A stretch of DNA of 64,000 nucleotides from Mobula birostris (taxonomy: Eukaryota). The first letter of the stretch is position 1; each line of letters opens with the position of its first letter. Of the stretch, positions 1-12,119 are shown one piece after another. The stretch spans positions 86,571,921 to 86,635,920 of the forward strand of contig NC_092383.1 of the NCBI RefSeq assembly GCF_030028105.1. Reading direction: 5' to 3'. The position numbers and the translations under genes were made by a program. The notes under the pieces were generated by a model, which saw only the letters and a list, made by a program, of their open reading frames with translations, did no database searches and was not told the DNA's origin.

Positions 1-447
1 GCATCTGTTTCAGCCTGGTAAAATATTGCAGCTTTCTATGAGATCACCTTTCAGTCTGGTGAACTCCAGGAAATAAAAACCTGATCAACCAATTCTCTGT
101 TCTTGTGTCACTCATGGCATCCCAGAAATCAGTCTGCTGATCCTTTGCTAGCTTCCTTCCATAACAAGAACATCTTTCATCAGACCAAAACTGTTGGTGA
201 CATGAGAGTGAGGATGAAGAGATTGTCTGACTGATTTAAGCTTTAGGCCAGAATGGAAAAGTGGGGTATGCGCCAAATTGAGGCAGCGAGTCCCAGGCAC
301 AGGAGCGTATCGAAGCAGCACGAACCCCCTACCATCTAAGCCATGTGTACTGGATATTGTGTTCCAACAATACAATATCCAGTACACATCAGTCACTCAG
401 TTGTACTCCATTGACAATCATAAAATATTAAACTCTGCACTACTTAC

Positions 448-768
448 CCATTCTGTTGACATCAATCACATTTCTGCAGTTCCTGACATTGTTGGAGATG
501 GACACGCTGATCATTTCACTAGTCTTTTCCCCATTATCATTTGAGACTTTGCAATAATACAGATATTTTTTGTATTTTAAGGATTGACAATGTAGATCCA
601 GTTTATTGGTAACAGAGATCTTTGAATCCACAGTTGGGGTCTTTTCGTACCATGAATACTGAATGGGAAGGGATCCATGGCCAGACTCACAGGACACTGA
701 CACATAGTCCCCACAACCTGAGCCACTTGTTAGTGGTGAAAATCGAAGCAAAGGAACAGACACGGGTT
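448..768 (-). CDS. Gene A exon: C2-type Ig domain C2b (FcR/FCRL-like); gene continues beyond the left window edge
   Basis: Acceptor ttttccacag|AA at 768 and donor G|GTAAGT at 448; 321 nt, phase 1-1, open. EPVSVPLLRF..VSVSC..IQYSWY..LDLHC..YYC..CRNVIDVNRM. Paralogous to 47084-47404. Confidence 0.85.
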
Positions 769-1009
769 CTGTGGAAAACAACCAATAAACATCTGAAAAT
801 CAAACACAGTAAAGATTTCAGCAGTTCTGTATCTCAACCAGGACCCACACGTCTGGAATCTCAGCAGCTCCTCTACCTCTCTGTGTCTCTGCATCCTCTT
901 ATCTGCCCGAACTGCCATATCTGCCATTATCCCTGAACACAGCAGGTCTCCAGATCAGGACAGCAGTGATGACACTGAGTATGTATCTGTGTGAAAATCA
1001 GAGTTACAA

Positions 1010-1290
1010 ACTCTCTCAGCAGCAAGGAGACAGTCTAATGTTGCAACCAACAGCTTGACTCTGAAAAGGCAGCACTTGTGGGTGTCCTGGAAACCTATCA
1101 ACTTCTGCTTTAAATATATCCAATAATTTAGTCTCCACAGACTGTGGCAATGGATTCCACAGATTCACCAGCCGCTGGCTAAATAAATTCCTCCTCATCT
1201 CTCTTTTTTTCTGAGTCTGTGCCCTCTGGTCTTAGAGGTCCACACTACAGGAAGCATCCTCTCCACAACCATCAGCTTTTCTGTGCTCAT
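1010..1290 (-). mobile_element. CR1 LINE 3' fragment (degenerate)
   Basis: ORF MRRNLFSQRLVNLWNPLP matches the CR1 ORF2 C-terminus seen in other copies in this window. Confidence 0.7.
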
Positions 1291-1369
1291 TCTTCTAAGC
1301 TCCTGCAAGTGCACGCCCAGAGGTTTCAAACACTCCGCATACATCTGGGGAATTTAATATCTGGAGCCC

Positions 1370-2375
1370 TTTAGAGTTGATGTACAGAGAGTTTTTGGGG
1401 TTCAAGTCCATTGCTCCCTGAAAGCTGCAACACAAGTGGAAATAATGGTAATGAAAGCATTCAGCACATTTGCATTCTTCATTTTACATATTGGAAACTA
1501 AAGCTGACAAGGCATTTTGAAGCTTCATAAGACTTTGTTTAGGGCACATTTGCAACATACAATAATTTGTGATTCTGATAGCGACAGTATAGAAAAGATG
1601 TGGAGGTTTTAGAGAGGGTAAAAAGGTCATCAGGGTGTCACCAGGGCAGCATTGTAGACTAATGGTTAGCACAAGGCTTTACCGTGGCAATTTCTGCTGC
1701 TCTGTGTAAGGAGTTTGTGTGTTCTCCCCATGTCCACGTGGGTTTCTTCCAGGTGCTCTGGTTTCCTCCCACAGTCCAAAGACCTAGAAGTTGGTAGGTC
1801 AATTGGTTGTTATAGATTGTCTGAGTTTGAGGCTGGGGTTAAGTCTGGGGGATTACTGGGTGGCACGTCTCAAAGGGCGTGAAAGGCCTCTCCACGCTAT
1901 ATCTCAATCAATGAATAAATCAAATAAATGAATAAATGTTACCTGGATTGTAGCTATGGGGAGAAGTTTGACAAACTTGGATCATTTTCGCTGCAGTATA
2001 GGAGGCTGAGGAGAGACCTGATAGAAGTTTATGAAGTTATAGAAATCATAGATAGGGAAGATAGAATCTTTTCCCAGGGTTTAAATGTAAAATGATAGTG
2101 AGCATCGTTTGAAGGCAATAGGGGGAATGTTTAAAGAATGTTTTCGAGACAAGTTTTATTTACTCTGAGGGTGCTGACTGCATGAAACACACCGACAGAC
2201 TGGCTGGTAGAAAGGGATATCATAACAATATTTAAGAAGCTTTTGGACATGGACATGAAAAGGGAGGGGTTGGAGAGATATGGACCACATGCAGTAAGAT
2301 GGAAGTAGCTTAGAATGATAGCATGGTCAGTGTAGACATGGTGGGCCAAAGAGTCAATTCTTGGGCTGTACATTA
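1370..2375 (+). mobile_element. Old CR1 3' fragment interrupted by a SINE
   Basis: CR1-like RT C-terminal and 3' UTR sequence (aggctgaggagagacctgatagaagtttat, gtgggccaaagag) on both sides of the 1644-1930 insert. Confidence 0.6.
1644..1930 (+). mobile_element. tRNA-derived V-SINE (HE1-like)
   Basis: Core gtgttctccccatgtccacgtgggtttcttccaggtgctctggtttcctcccacagtccaaagac. Related copies at about 44745-44905 (-) and 50950-51130. Confidence 0.65.
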
Positions 2376-2948
2376 TATCAATTTCTCCCTAACCCCATTG
2401 CTCTATTTCCCACCAGGAATGGGCTGAATGGGGAGGCTGGCTACCGGGAAGTGGATGGTTAGTGGGTGCTGGCGGGTGGTTTATGAGAGCACAGAGAGAG
2501 TGCCGGGTAGGGGTGGGAGTGACTGATCCATGAAGCAGGGATGGGAAATGGAATAGACTGCCCTGGGAGGACTGAACACAATCTGTAGTGATCTGGATCT
2601 GATTCCCTTTTTATGCTTTTTGAAGTGTTTAGACCATGTGAAACACTTGTTTCTCATTGACCTGTAAATATCAGATTCTTAGTTTTAGTCTGAATGCAAA
2701 CCACTGTCAGAGCAACATTTCATATGGTTCAGAAGCAGGATAATGTGCTGAGCCTCCCACTGGAAACCAGAGGGTCAGATCCCACACTGGGTGAGAGCAA
2801 CTGGAGTGGGATTTCCGAACCCAGCACCCTCCCGCAGGGGCCTGCTCTGTAACAGAGCCTCTGAATATCGGTGCTGCCCTGACACTCCCCAGAGAAAACA
2901 TGAATCAGACACTTCAGTGGAAAGATAAAGTCAAAATCGGAAACCTAC

Positions 2949-3264
2949 CAACAGATACTTGTAGATGCACGTTAAATATTGGAGGATTGCCAGATGATAG
3001 AATTACACATATATAATGCCCTGCATCATTAGGGTCAAGGTGCTCCATAGTAACAGTAAATATTCCCTGGGATGTGTTATCTCTGATTGTCATTCTTCCA
3101 TACTGCTCATTTTGCCCATTTGTATTCACTAACGATGTGCATCGGCGATCCCGCATACAGCACAACATCTTTGGGTCTAAGCGATACATTGGTGCATAGT
3201 GACAATTGATTGTGATCGCTCTTCCCACAACTCCTCTCACTTTATCTTCTGCCCATAAAGCATG
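2949..3264 (-). pseudogene. V' exon of gene A: CD300/pIgR-like V domain, frame open but canonical splice acceptor deleted
   Basis: ALWAEDKVRGVVGRAITINC..KMLCC..C..GRMTIRDN..IFTVTM..DAGHYIC; donor G|GTAGGT at 2949. Acceptor reads ctccctca-tgcttta versus ctccctcag|tttcaggtgcattg in intact paralogs. Confidence 0.75.
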
Positions 3265-3766
3265 AGGGAGAAGTTTCTTAGAGAATGGACAGGTAAAATC
3301 AAATTTACACAGGCAGATCCTAGATTCAAGATTGTTTAATGTCATTTCCAGTGCTCATGTGTAAAAGAGAATGAAATCATTGTTACTCTAGTCTAATGCA
3401 GCACAAAAACTCAAAAGATAAAGAACATAATAATAATAAATAAAGATATTTTATTTAAAGCTGTCGCTGTGGTCTAAGGAATCTACCACACCGTCAATTG
3501 GTGTAATTGAATTCCACATTGTCTGAAAAGGCAACAGCATCGTCCCTCATCACAAAATCACAGCTCTTCACAAGTAATGATTTTTATTTGATTGGAGTCA
3601 TCATTATCACTGCCCACTAATGTCGCAGTGTGTTTCCACATTTCAGGGTCAATAGATTACTGATCCAGTCCCATTCCAGGCAGGTGAGCACAAGATCAGC
3701 AGTGGGTAACTTACTGGAGGTGATTCTGTGAGACAGGATCTATCTGAATTTGCCAAAACATAATCT

Positions 3767-4068
3767 GACTTAAGGATTGAAGGGCGCCCATTCAGAACAG
3801 AAATGCGAAGAAATTTTTTTAGTCAGAGGGTGGTGAATCTATGGAATTTGTTGCCACGGGCAGCAGTGGAGGCCGAGTCATTGGGTGTATTTAAGGCAGA
3901 GATTGATAGGTATCTGAGTAGCCAGGGCATCAAAGGTTATGGTGAGAAGGCAGGGGAGTGGGACTAAATAGGAGAAAATGGATCAGCTCATGATAAAATG
4001 GTGGAGCAGAATTGATGGGCCGAATGGCCTACTTCTGCTCCTTTGTCTTATGGTCTTATGGTCTTATG
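3767..4068 (+). mobile_element. Young CR1 3' end with (GGTCTTAT)n tail
   Basis: Near-identical reverse complement of 5329-5623; repeated tail ggtcttat. Confidence 0.9.
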
Positions 4069-4559
4069 ATTTGGGATGGTCTATGTGATCTTGTGCATGG
4101 GACATCCCCTTTCAAACAAATATGGCTGAGCTTTTTGGAAGAGATAATCAAAAGGATTGAAGAGAGCAGGACAGTAGTGTTTAGCCCATGGAGTTTAGCA
4201 AGGCCTTTGACAAGATCTTGCATTGTAGACTGATCTGTAATGTGAGGTCACAGTGTAAGCTAACTGGATGGATATTGAATAGGCTTGGCGGAAGGGATCA
4301 GATCGTGATTCTGAAGTCTGACATCAGACTTTATCACAAGTGGTGTACCATAGGGATCAGTGCTATTATTCGTTAACCACTGTTATTTGTCATCAATATT
4401 AATAATTTGTAATGATAATGTAAGTAATATGATTAATAAGTTTTGGATGACACTGTAGTGTGGTGGACAGTGGAAAGAATTGTCGAATTTTATAATGGGA
4501 TCTGGAAAATGAACCAGTGTTCAGCCACATCACTCTGTACCAGCACAATCCTTCCACCT

Positions 4560-4920
4560 GAGCCCATCCCATTTGTCTGAATTTGAAACATCTACCTCTC
4601 TTCTTGCTACCACCATTAGGTAAGACGTACAGGAGTCCTGGACCATTTTCACTCGCCTCAGCACTGAACTGACTCTGCAGCTGTGGTCTCACTTTCGGGG
4701 ACTCTGTGACTCATGTTCTACGTATCATTTGTTTACATATTTTATTTATTTTGCACAATTCATCATCTTTTGCACATTGGATGCTTGTTAGTTTTTGTCG
4801 TATGTGGTTCGTCGTGGATTCTGTTGTGTTTCTTTGTTTTGTGGGTGCCTGCAAGAAGATGAAACTAGATTGTTTATGGTATACCTAGATTGATAATGAA
4901 TTTACTTTGAACTTTGAACT
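4560..4920 (+). repeat. Rex1/L2-type LINE 3' UTR family ending in (TTTGAAC)n; many copies in window
   Basis: cactgaactgactctgcagctgtggtctcacttt...tactttgaactttgaact. Similar blocks near 36270, 46560, 49420, 60760 and 62760 (+), and 11370 and 50130 (-). Confidence 0.55.
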
Positions 4921-5328
4921 AGGAAAGTGGCCAATGGAACAGCTGATGGAATTGAACTCAGGCACTGTGAAGTGATGCATTTTGGGAAATTAAACAAGGA
5001 CACAACTTGCACTGTTGGGAACGAGGTGTGCAACTACATTGGTCCCTGAAAGTGGCAACACAGATGGACAAAGTGTTGACCAAGGCAAATGCCATGCTTG
5101 CCTTCATTGGATGGGGCATTAAGTACAGTTGGGATGGCATGTTACAGCTATAAAGGGTGTTGACAAGATTTCACCTGTCCAGAGGAAGAGTGTCATTAAT
5201 TTAGGGAAGGTACAGAAAACATCCATACAGATGCTGCTGGGACTGGAAGTTCTAGGATATGGATAGGCTGGGACTGTTTTCCCTGAAGTGAACTCTGATG
5301 AGGGATGACCTCAGTTTAAAAATTAAGA

Positions 5329-6663
5329 CCATAAGACCATAAGCCAAAGGAGCAGAAGTAGGCCATTCGGCCCATCAAGTCTGCTCCGCCATTTTATCAT
5401 GAGCTGATCCATTTTCTCCTATTTAGTCCCACTCCCCTGCCTTCTCACCATAACCTTTGATGCCCTGGCTACTCAGGTACCTATCAATCTCTGCCTTAAA
5501 TACACCCAATGACTCGGCCTCCACTGCTGCCCATGGCAACAAATTCCATAGATTCACCACCCTCTGACTAAAAAAATTTCTTCGCATTTCTGTTCTGAAA
5601 GGGCGCCCTTCAATCCTTAAGTCGTGCCCTCTTGTACTAGACTCCCCATTATGGGAAACAACTTTGCCACATCCACTCTGCCCATGCCTTTTAACATTCA
5701 AAATGTTTCTATGAGGTCTCCCCTCATTCTTCTAAACTCCAAGGAATACAGTCCAAGAGCGGACAAACGTTCCTCATATGTTAACCCTCTCATTTCCGGA
5801 AACATTCTAGTGAATCTTCTCTGTACCCTCTCCAACGTCAGCACATCCTTTCTTAAATAAGGAGACCAAAACTGCCCACAGTACTCCAAGTGAGGTCTCA
5901 CCAGCGCCTTATTGAGCCTCAACATCACATCCCTGCTCCTATATTCTATTCCTCTAGAAAGGAATGCCAACATTGCATTCGCCTTCTTCACTACTGACTC
6001 AACCTGGAGGTTAACTTTAAGGGTATCCTGTACGAGGACTCCCAAGTCCTGTTGCATCTCAGAACTTTGAATTCTTTCCCCATTTAAATAATAGTCTGCC
6101 CGTTTATTTTTTCTGCCAAAGTGCATAACCATACACTTTCCAACATTGTACTTCATTTGCTACTTCTCTGCCCATTCTTTCAATCTATCCAAGTCTCTCT
6201 GCAGACTCTCCGTTTCCTCAGCACTATCGGCCCCTCCAACTATCTTCGTATCGTCAGCAAACTTAGCCACAAAGCCATCTATTCCATAAACTAAATCATT
6301 GATGTACAATGTAAAAAGAAGCGGCCCCAACACTGATCCCTGCGGAACACCACTGGTAACCGGCAGCCAACCAGAATAGGATCACTTTATTCCCACTCTC
6401 TGTTTCCTGCCAATCAGCCAACGCTCTATCCACGTATGTAACTTTCCCATAAATCCATGGGCTCTTATCTTGTTAAGTAGCCTCATGTGTGGCACCTTGT
6501 CAAAGGCCTTCTGAAAATCCAAATATACAACATCCACTGCCTCTCCCTTGTCTGGCCTGGTAATTTCCTCAAAAAATTGTAATAGGTTTGTCAGGCAGGA
6601 TTTTCCTTTAAGGAATCCATGCTGAGTTCTGCCTATCTTGACAGATGCCTCCAGGTACTCTGT
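5329..6663 (-). mobile_element. 5'-truncated CR1 LINE (RT and C-terminus) with target-site duplication
   Basis: RT motifs YLDFQKAFDKVPH and RPHLEYC..WSP in ORFs 6382-6690 and 5698-6156; flanked by AATTAAGA at 5321-5328 and 6664-6671. Confidence 0.92.
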
Positions 6664-6811
6664 AATTAAGAGGATATGGTGGATAATCACCGTCTTTATT
6701 CCAGAGTAGGGACTTCAAAATCTAAAGAGTCTCGTCTGAAGGTGAGAGGAGAGAGGACTGGGAGGGGTAGTGTTTTCCACACGGAACAGTATGTGCATGG
6801 AAAAGGTCAGA

Positions 6812-9800
6812 GGAAAAGTCCCAGCCTCCCCAAGGATTACATCTGCACCAGGTGCACTGAGATGAGGCTTCTGAAGGACCGTGTTAAGGTGCTGGAGATG
6901 GAAATAGATGACCTTCGGCTAATTAGGGAAAGTGAGGAGGTGATAGATACTACCTATAGAGAGGTAGTGGATAGCACCCCTGTGACAGTCCCCCTCAGAA
7001 ATCGATCTATCGTTTTGGATTCTGTTGAAGAGGCAGACCTGACAGAGGAGGACCACAGTGAACGAGACTCTAGCATTCTGCCCAGTGCCAAAATCAAGAG
7101 AGCAAGAAGAAATGCGGTAGTTATAGGGGACTCCATTGTAAGGGGGACGGACAAGAGATTCTGCGAGCCGGACGAGGATACCCGGATGGTGTGTTGCCTC
7201 CCTGGTGCCAAGGTACGGGATGTCTCAGATCGAGTCCAGAGTATTCTGAGGAGAGAGGGCGAGCATCTGGAAGTCTTGGTACATATTGGTACCAATGACA
7301 TAGACAGAAAAAGAGAGGAGGTCCTGAAGAAAGATTGCTGGGAGCTAGGAAGAAAATTGAAAAGCCGGACCTCCAGAGTAATAATATCAGGATTGCTGCC
7401 TGAGCTGCACGCTAATGATGGTAAGAATAGCAGAATTAAGTGGATGAATGTGTGGCTAAGTAACTGGCGCAGGGGGCAGGGCTTCAAATTCTTGAATCAC
7501 TGGGATCTATTTTGGGGAAGGTATGACTTGTACAAAAAAGATGGATTACACCTGAACTCAAAAGGTACTAATATCCTAGCGGGATTGTTTAATATAGCTG
7601 TTAGGGAGGGTTTAAGCTAAGTTGGCAAGGGGAAGGAAACCAAGATGTTAGGATCGAGGAAGAAGAAAATAGAAATAAGTCAAAAATACCGTGCAGCAAA
7701 GATGGTAAAAAGGACAGGCCGATGAATATACAGGATAATTTGCTGCAAAATAGATACATAGCACAAGTGGCAACAGGTACCGATCTAAATGTACTGTATT
7801 TAAATGCACTCAGCATTAGTGGATGACCTTGCTGCACAGCTGCAGGTTAAAAGGTATGACATTGTGGCCATCACCGAGTCATGGCTAAATGATGGATGTG
7901 ATTGGGAGCTGAATATCCAAGGATACACAGTGTACAGGAAGGATAGGAAGGTAGGTAAAGGGGGCGGCGTGTCCCTGATGGTAAGTAACGATATCAAATC
8001 AATAGAATGAAGGGATATAGGATCAGAAGAGGTAGAATCCTTATGGGTAGAATTAAGAAATGGCAAGGGTAAAAAGACACTAATAGCAGTTATATACAGG
8101 CCTCCAAACAGCAGTCGGGATGTGGACTACAAGTTGCAGCTGGAAATAGAAAAAGCGTGTCAGAAGGAAAATGTCAAGATAATTATGGGGGATTTTAATA
8201 TGAAAGTGAATTGGGAAAGTCAGGAAGGTAATGGATCTCAGGAGAGGGAGTTTGTAGAATGCCTACAGGATGGCTTTTTGGAGCAACTTGTCCAGAAGCC
8301 CACCAGGGGACCGGCTGTTTTGGATTGGGTGCTGTGTAATGAACCTGAGGTGATTAGGGAGCTGGAGGTAAAGGAACCTCTTGGAAGTAGTGATCATAAT
8401 ATGATTGAGTTCAGTTTCAAATTTGAAAAGGAGAAGCTGGTATCAGGTGTATCGATATTTCAGTGGAACAGGGGAAATTACAGTGGTATGAGAGAGGAAC
8501 TGGCCCAAGTCAATTGGAAAAGTAAACTAAATGGAGGGATGGCAGAGCAGAATTGGATGAAATTCCTATAAGAAATAAGGAAAATGCAGGAAAAATATAT
8601 TCCAAGAAAAAAGAAAATCATGAATGGAAAAATGGCACAAATGTGGCTAACGAGAGAGGTTAAGGCAAAAATAAAAGCAAAAGAAACGGCGTACAAGGAA
8701 GCAAAAATTAGTGGGAAAAATGAGGACTGGAAGACCTTTAAAAACTTACAGAAAGAAACTAGGAAAGTCATTAGGAAAGAAAAGATGAATTATGAAAGGA
8801 AGTTGGCGATTAACATAAAAAAGGATACTAAGAGTTTTTTTTAAATATATGAAGAGTAAAAGAGTGACAAGGGTAGATATGGGACCGATTGAAAACGATG
8901 CTGGAGTAATTATAATGGATAACAAAGAGATGGCGGAGGAACTGAATGAGTATTTTGTATCAGTCTTCACAGTGGAAGACATGAGCAATATACCTGATAG
9001 CCAGAGGTATCAGGGAATAGAATTAGGTACAGTCAAGATAACTAGAGAGAAAGTGCTTGGGAAGCTAAGTGGACTAAGAATAGATAAGTCTCCCAGCCCG
9101 GATGAGGTGCACCCAAGGGTTCTGAAGGAGGTGGCTTTGGAGATTGTGGAAGCATTGGAAATGATCTTTCAGGAATCAATAGACTCTGGCATGGTTCCGG
9201 AGAACTGGAAGGTCGCAAATGTAGTTCCGCTATTTAAGAAAGGAAGGAGGCAGCAGAAAGAAAATTACAGACCTATTAGTCTGACATCGGTGGTTGGAAA
9301 GATATTGGAGTCAATCCTCAAGGACGAGGTTATGAAATACCTCGAGATGCATGACAAGATAGGCCGAAGCCAGCATGGTTTCATGAAGGGAAGATCCTGC
9401 CTTACCAACTTATTGAAATTTTTTGAGGTAATCTCGAATAAGATTGACAAGGGAGAGGCTGTGGATGTTGTGTATTTGGATTTTCAAAAGGCCTTCCATA
9501 AGGTGCCGCATATGAGGCTGCTTAATGGATGAGAGCCCATGGAATTATAGGAAAGATATTGGAATGGGTGGAGCATTGGCTGATAGGCAGAAAGCAAAGG
9601 GTGGGAATAAAGGGATCCTATTCTGATTGGTTGCCGGTTACTAGTGGTGTTCCGCAGGGGTCGGTGTTGGGGCTGCTTCTTTTTACGATGTATATCGATG
9701 ATTTGGATTATGGATTAAATGGTTTTGTGGCCAAGTTTGCGGATGACACCAAGATAGGTGGAGGAGCAGGAAATGTTGAAGAAACGGAAAGGTTGCAGAG

Positions 9801-10668
9801 AGACTTAGTCAGTTTAAGAGAGTGGGCAAAGAAATGGCAGATGAGATACAACGTTGATAAATGTACGGTTGTACATTTCGAAAGAAGAAATAATCGGGCA
9901 GATTATTATTTAGATGGGGAGAAAATTCAAATATCGGAAGTGCAAAGGGACTTGGGGGTCCTCGTGCAGGATACCCTAAAGGTTAACCACCAAGTTGGAT
10001 TGGCGGTAAGGAAAGACGAATGCTATGTTGGCCTTCATTTCAAGAGGAATAATGTATAAGAGTAAGGAGGTGTTGATGAGGCTCTATGGGGCATTAGTGA
10101 GACCTCATTTGGAATACTATGTGCAGTTTTGGGCCCCCTATCTTAGAGAGGATGTACTGATGTTGGAGAGAGTTCAGAGAAGATTTACGAGGATGATTCC
10201 TGGAATGCAGGGGCTAACATATGAGGAGCGTCTGTCGGCTCTTGGATTGTATTCATTAGAGTATAGAAGGATGAGAGGGGATCTCATAGAAACGTTTCGA
10301 ATGTTGAAAGGGTTGGACAGAGTAGATGTGGAAAGGTTGTTTCCCTTGGTGGGTGAGTCCAGGACAAGAGGCCATAGTCTTAGAATTAGAGGGTACCCAG
10401 TTAAAACAGAGATGAGGGGAAATTTTTTTAGCCAGGGGGTCGTGGATTTGTGGAATTCGTTGCCACATATGGTTGTGGAGGCCCGATCATTGAGGGTGTT
10501 TAAGGAGGAGATTGACAGGTATCTAATTAGTCAGGGTATCAAAGGATATGGGGAAAAAGCCGGAAATTGGAACTAGATGGGTGAATAGTTTAGCTCATGG
10601 GGGAACTGTGGAGCAGACTCAATGGGCCAAATGGCCTACTTCTGCTCCTTTGTCTTGTGATCTTGTGA
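6812..10668 (+). mobile_element. Near full-length CR1 LINE (ORF1 zinc-finger/SGNH esterase; ORF2 APE-RT), inactivated
   Basis: ORF1 YICTRC, VIGDSIVRG, HIGTND, DGLHLN. ORF2 APE (IVAITESWL, MGDFN, SDHNMI) and RT (YRPISLTS, PQGSVLG, FADD). Stops at about 8010 and 8571, frameshifts near 8845, 9530 and 10020; tail tcttgtga. Confidence 0.95.
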
Positions 10669-10910
10669 AGAGTTGGAGGTGGGTACAAATACACTATTTA
10701 AAATACATTTGGACAAGTTCATGTACAGGAAAGCTTTAGAAGGATGTGGACCAAATACAGGGAAATGGGTGAAACTCAGTAAGACACTGTGGTCGGCATG
10801 GACGATTTGGGCCGAAACACCTGTACCCATAACCTGTAACTCCATGACTCTGCAGCATCCTCTCTAAACTGGATTACACTTCTGAAAGTTTAAATTCAGA
10901 ATTCAATTTC

Positions 10911-11325
10911 GGAGGGAAGGCCTCAAAATCCCCAGCTTTGCCTGCTGTTGGCAACCGAGATGGAGGACGAATCGTTCGGATAGAGATGGCGCTCAGTACT
11001 CGGTGTCAGAGAGCTGATCAGAACTCAAAGTTTTCAGATGACTCAGAGTCGGACCGTGGTCGGGTATGGCAGAGAGAGTTTTTCTTCCTTCTCCCTGAGA
11101 TGTGGGACATTTGAGAGACTTTGAACTTTTACTGTGCTCATGGACTTCTTCATCAAGTTATGGTATTGTTGTACTGTTGTAACTATATGTTATAATTCTG
11201 TGGTTTTGTTAGTTTTTTTCAGTCTTCGTCTGTCCTGTGTTTTGTGATATCACACCGGAGGAAATATTGTATCATTTCTAAATGAGAATAAAAGAGGACT
11301 GCATGTCTTCATAATCTAAAAAAAA
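10911..11325 (+). mobile_element. Unclassified non-autonomous retro-insertion specific to copy A
   Basis: Absent at the paralogous site (about 50070-50080); ends in aatctaaaaaaaa. Confidence 0.55.
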
Positions 11326-12119
11326 GTGTGACAGCTTATGGACTCAGCCAATCAGATTACACTTCAATTTCAAAGTTCAAAGTTCAAAGTACATTGATTA
11401 TCAAAGTATGTATACTATATACAACCCCGAGATTCATTTTCCTACAGGCAGCCACAAAACAAAGAAACCAAATACAACACATTTAGAAAAAAAACTGTCA
11501 AATCGTGCAAACCATAAAAGTAAGCAAATTACATTCAGAACTGAAATTCGTGAAAATGAGTCACAGACACAAAGCCAGTCATCACTGCAGCCAATTTAGG
11601 AGCCCATTAATTGAAGGCCACAGCGTCAGTTCAGGACAGAGATATATCAGCCTTGTGGAGCTTAAGTTGAACACTGGCCTATCCCTCACCTATGACAAAC
11701 ATTGCTGTAGTGTTTTACAAGAGATTTGAGCGTTTATTATCCTGTTCAGAATCATGAAATGCAGCAGCCTTGTTTGTATCTCTAAATCCATTCTTTCTAG
11801 TCCTTTCAATATTCGATAGGATTCAATGACGTACCCCTTCATCAAAATCAAAGTAAAAATTTGTTATTAGAGTACATACTTCTCACCACATATAACCCTG
11901 AGATTCTTTTTCTGCGGGCATACTTAGCAAACCTACAGAACAGTAACTGTAAACAGGATCAATGGATAAGAAACTGTGCAAACTTTGACTTTCACTTTGA
12001 CTTTATTGTCCCCAAACTTGGCCACAAGGTCATCAACACTGTCATCCAAATCGTTGACATGAAATGTGAAATGAAGTGGTTCCAACACAGACCACTGTGG
12101 AAAACCTTGAGTCATTGAC

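Noticed and set aside
622-936. Plus-strand ORFs overlapping C2 exons (also 47177-47587 with LIYSTV, and 13249-13431)
   Set aside because: Antisense frames of real exons; the LIYSTV motif is not conserved (LLYLSV in the other copy) and is in a different frame from TEYVSV.
6676-6811. N-terminus of the 314-aa ORF as genuine CR1 ORF1 start
   Set aside because: This part belongs to an older CR1 3' fragment (matches 49679-49830), fused in frame by chance.
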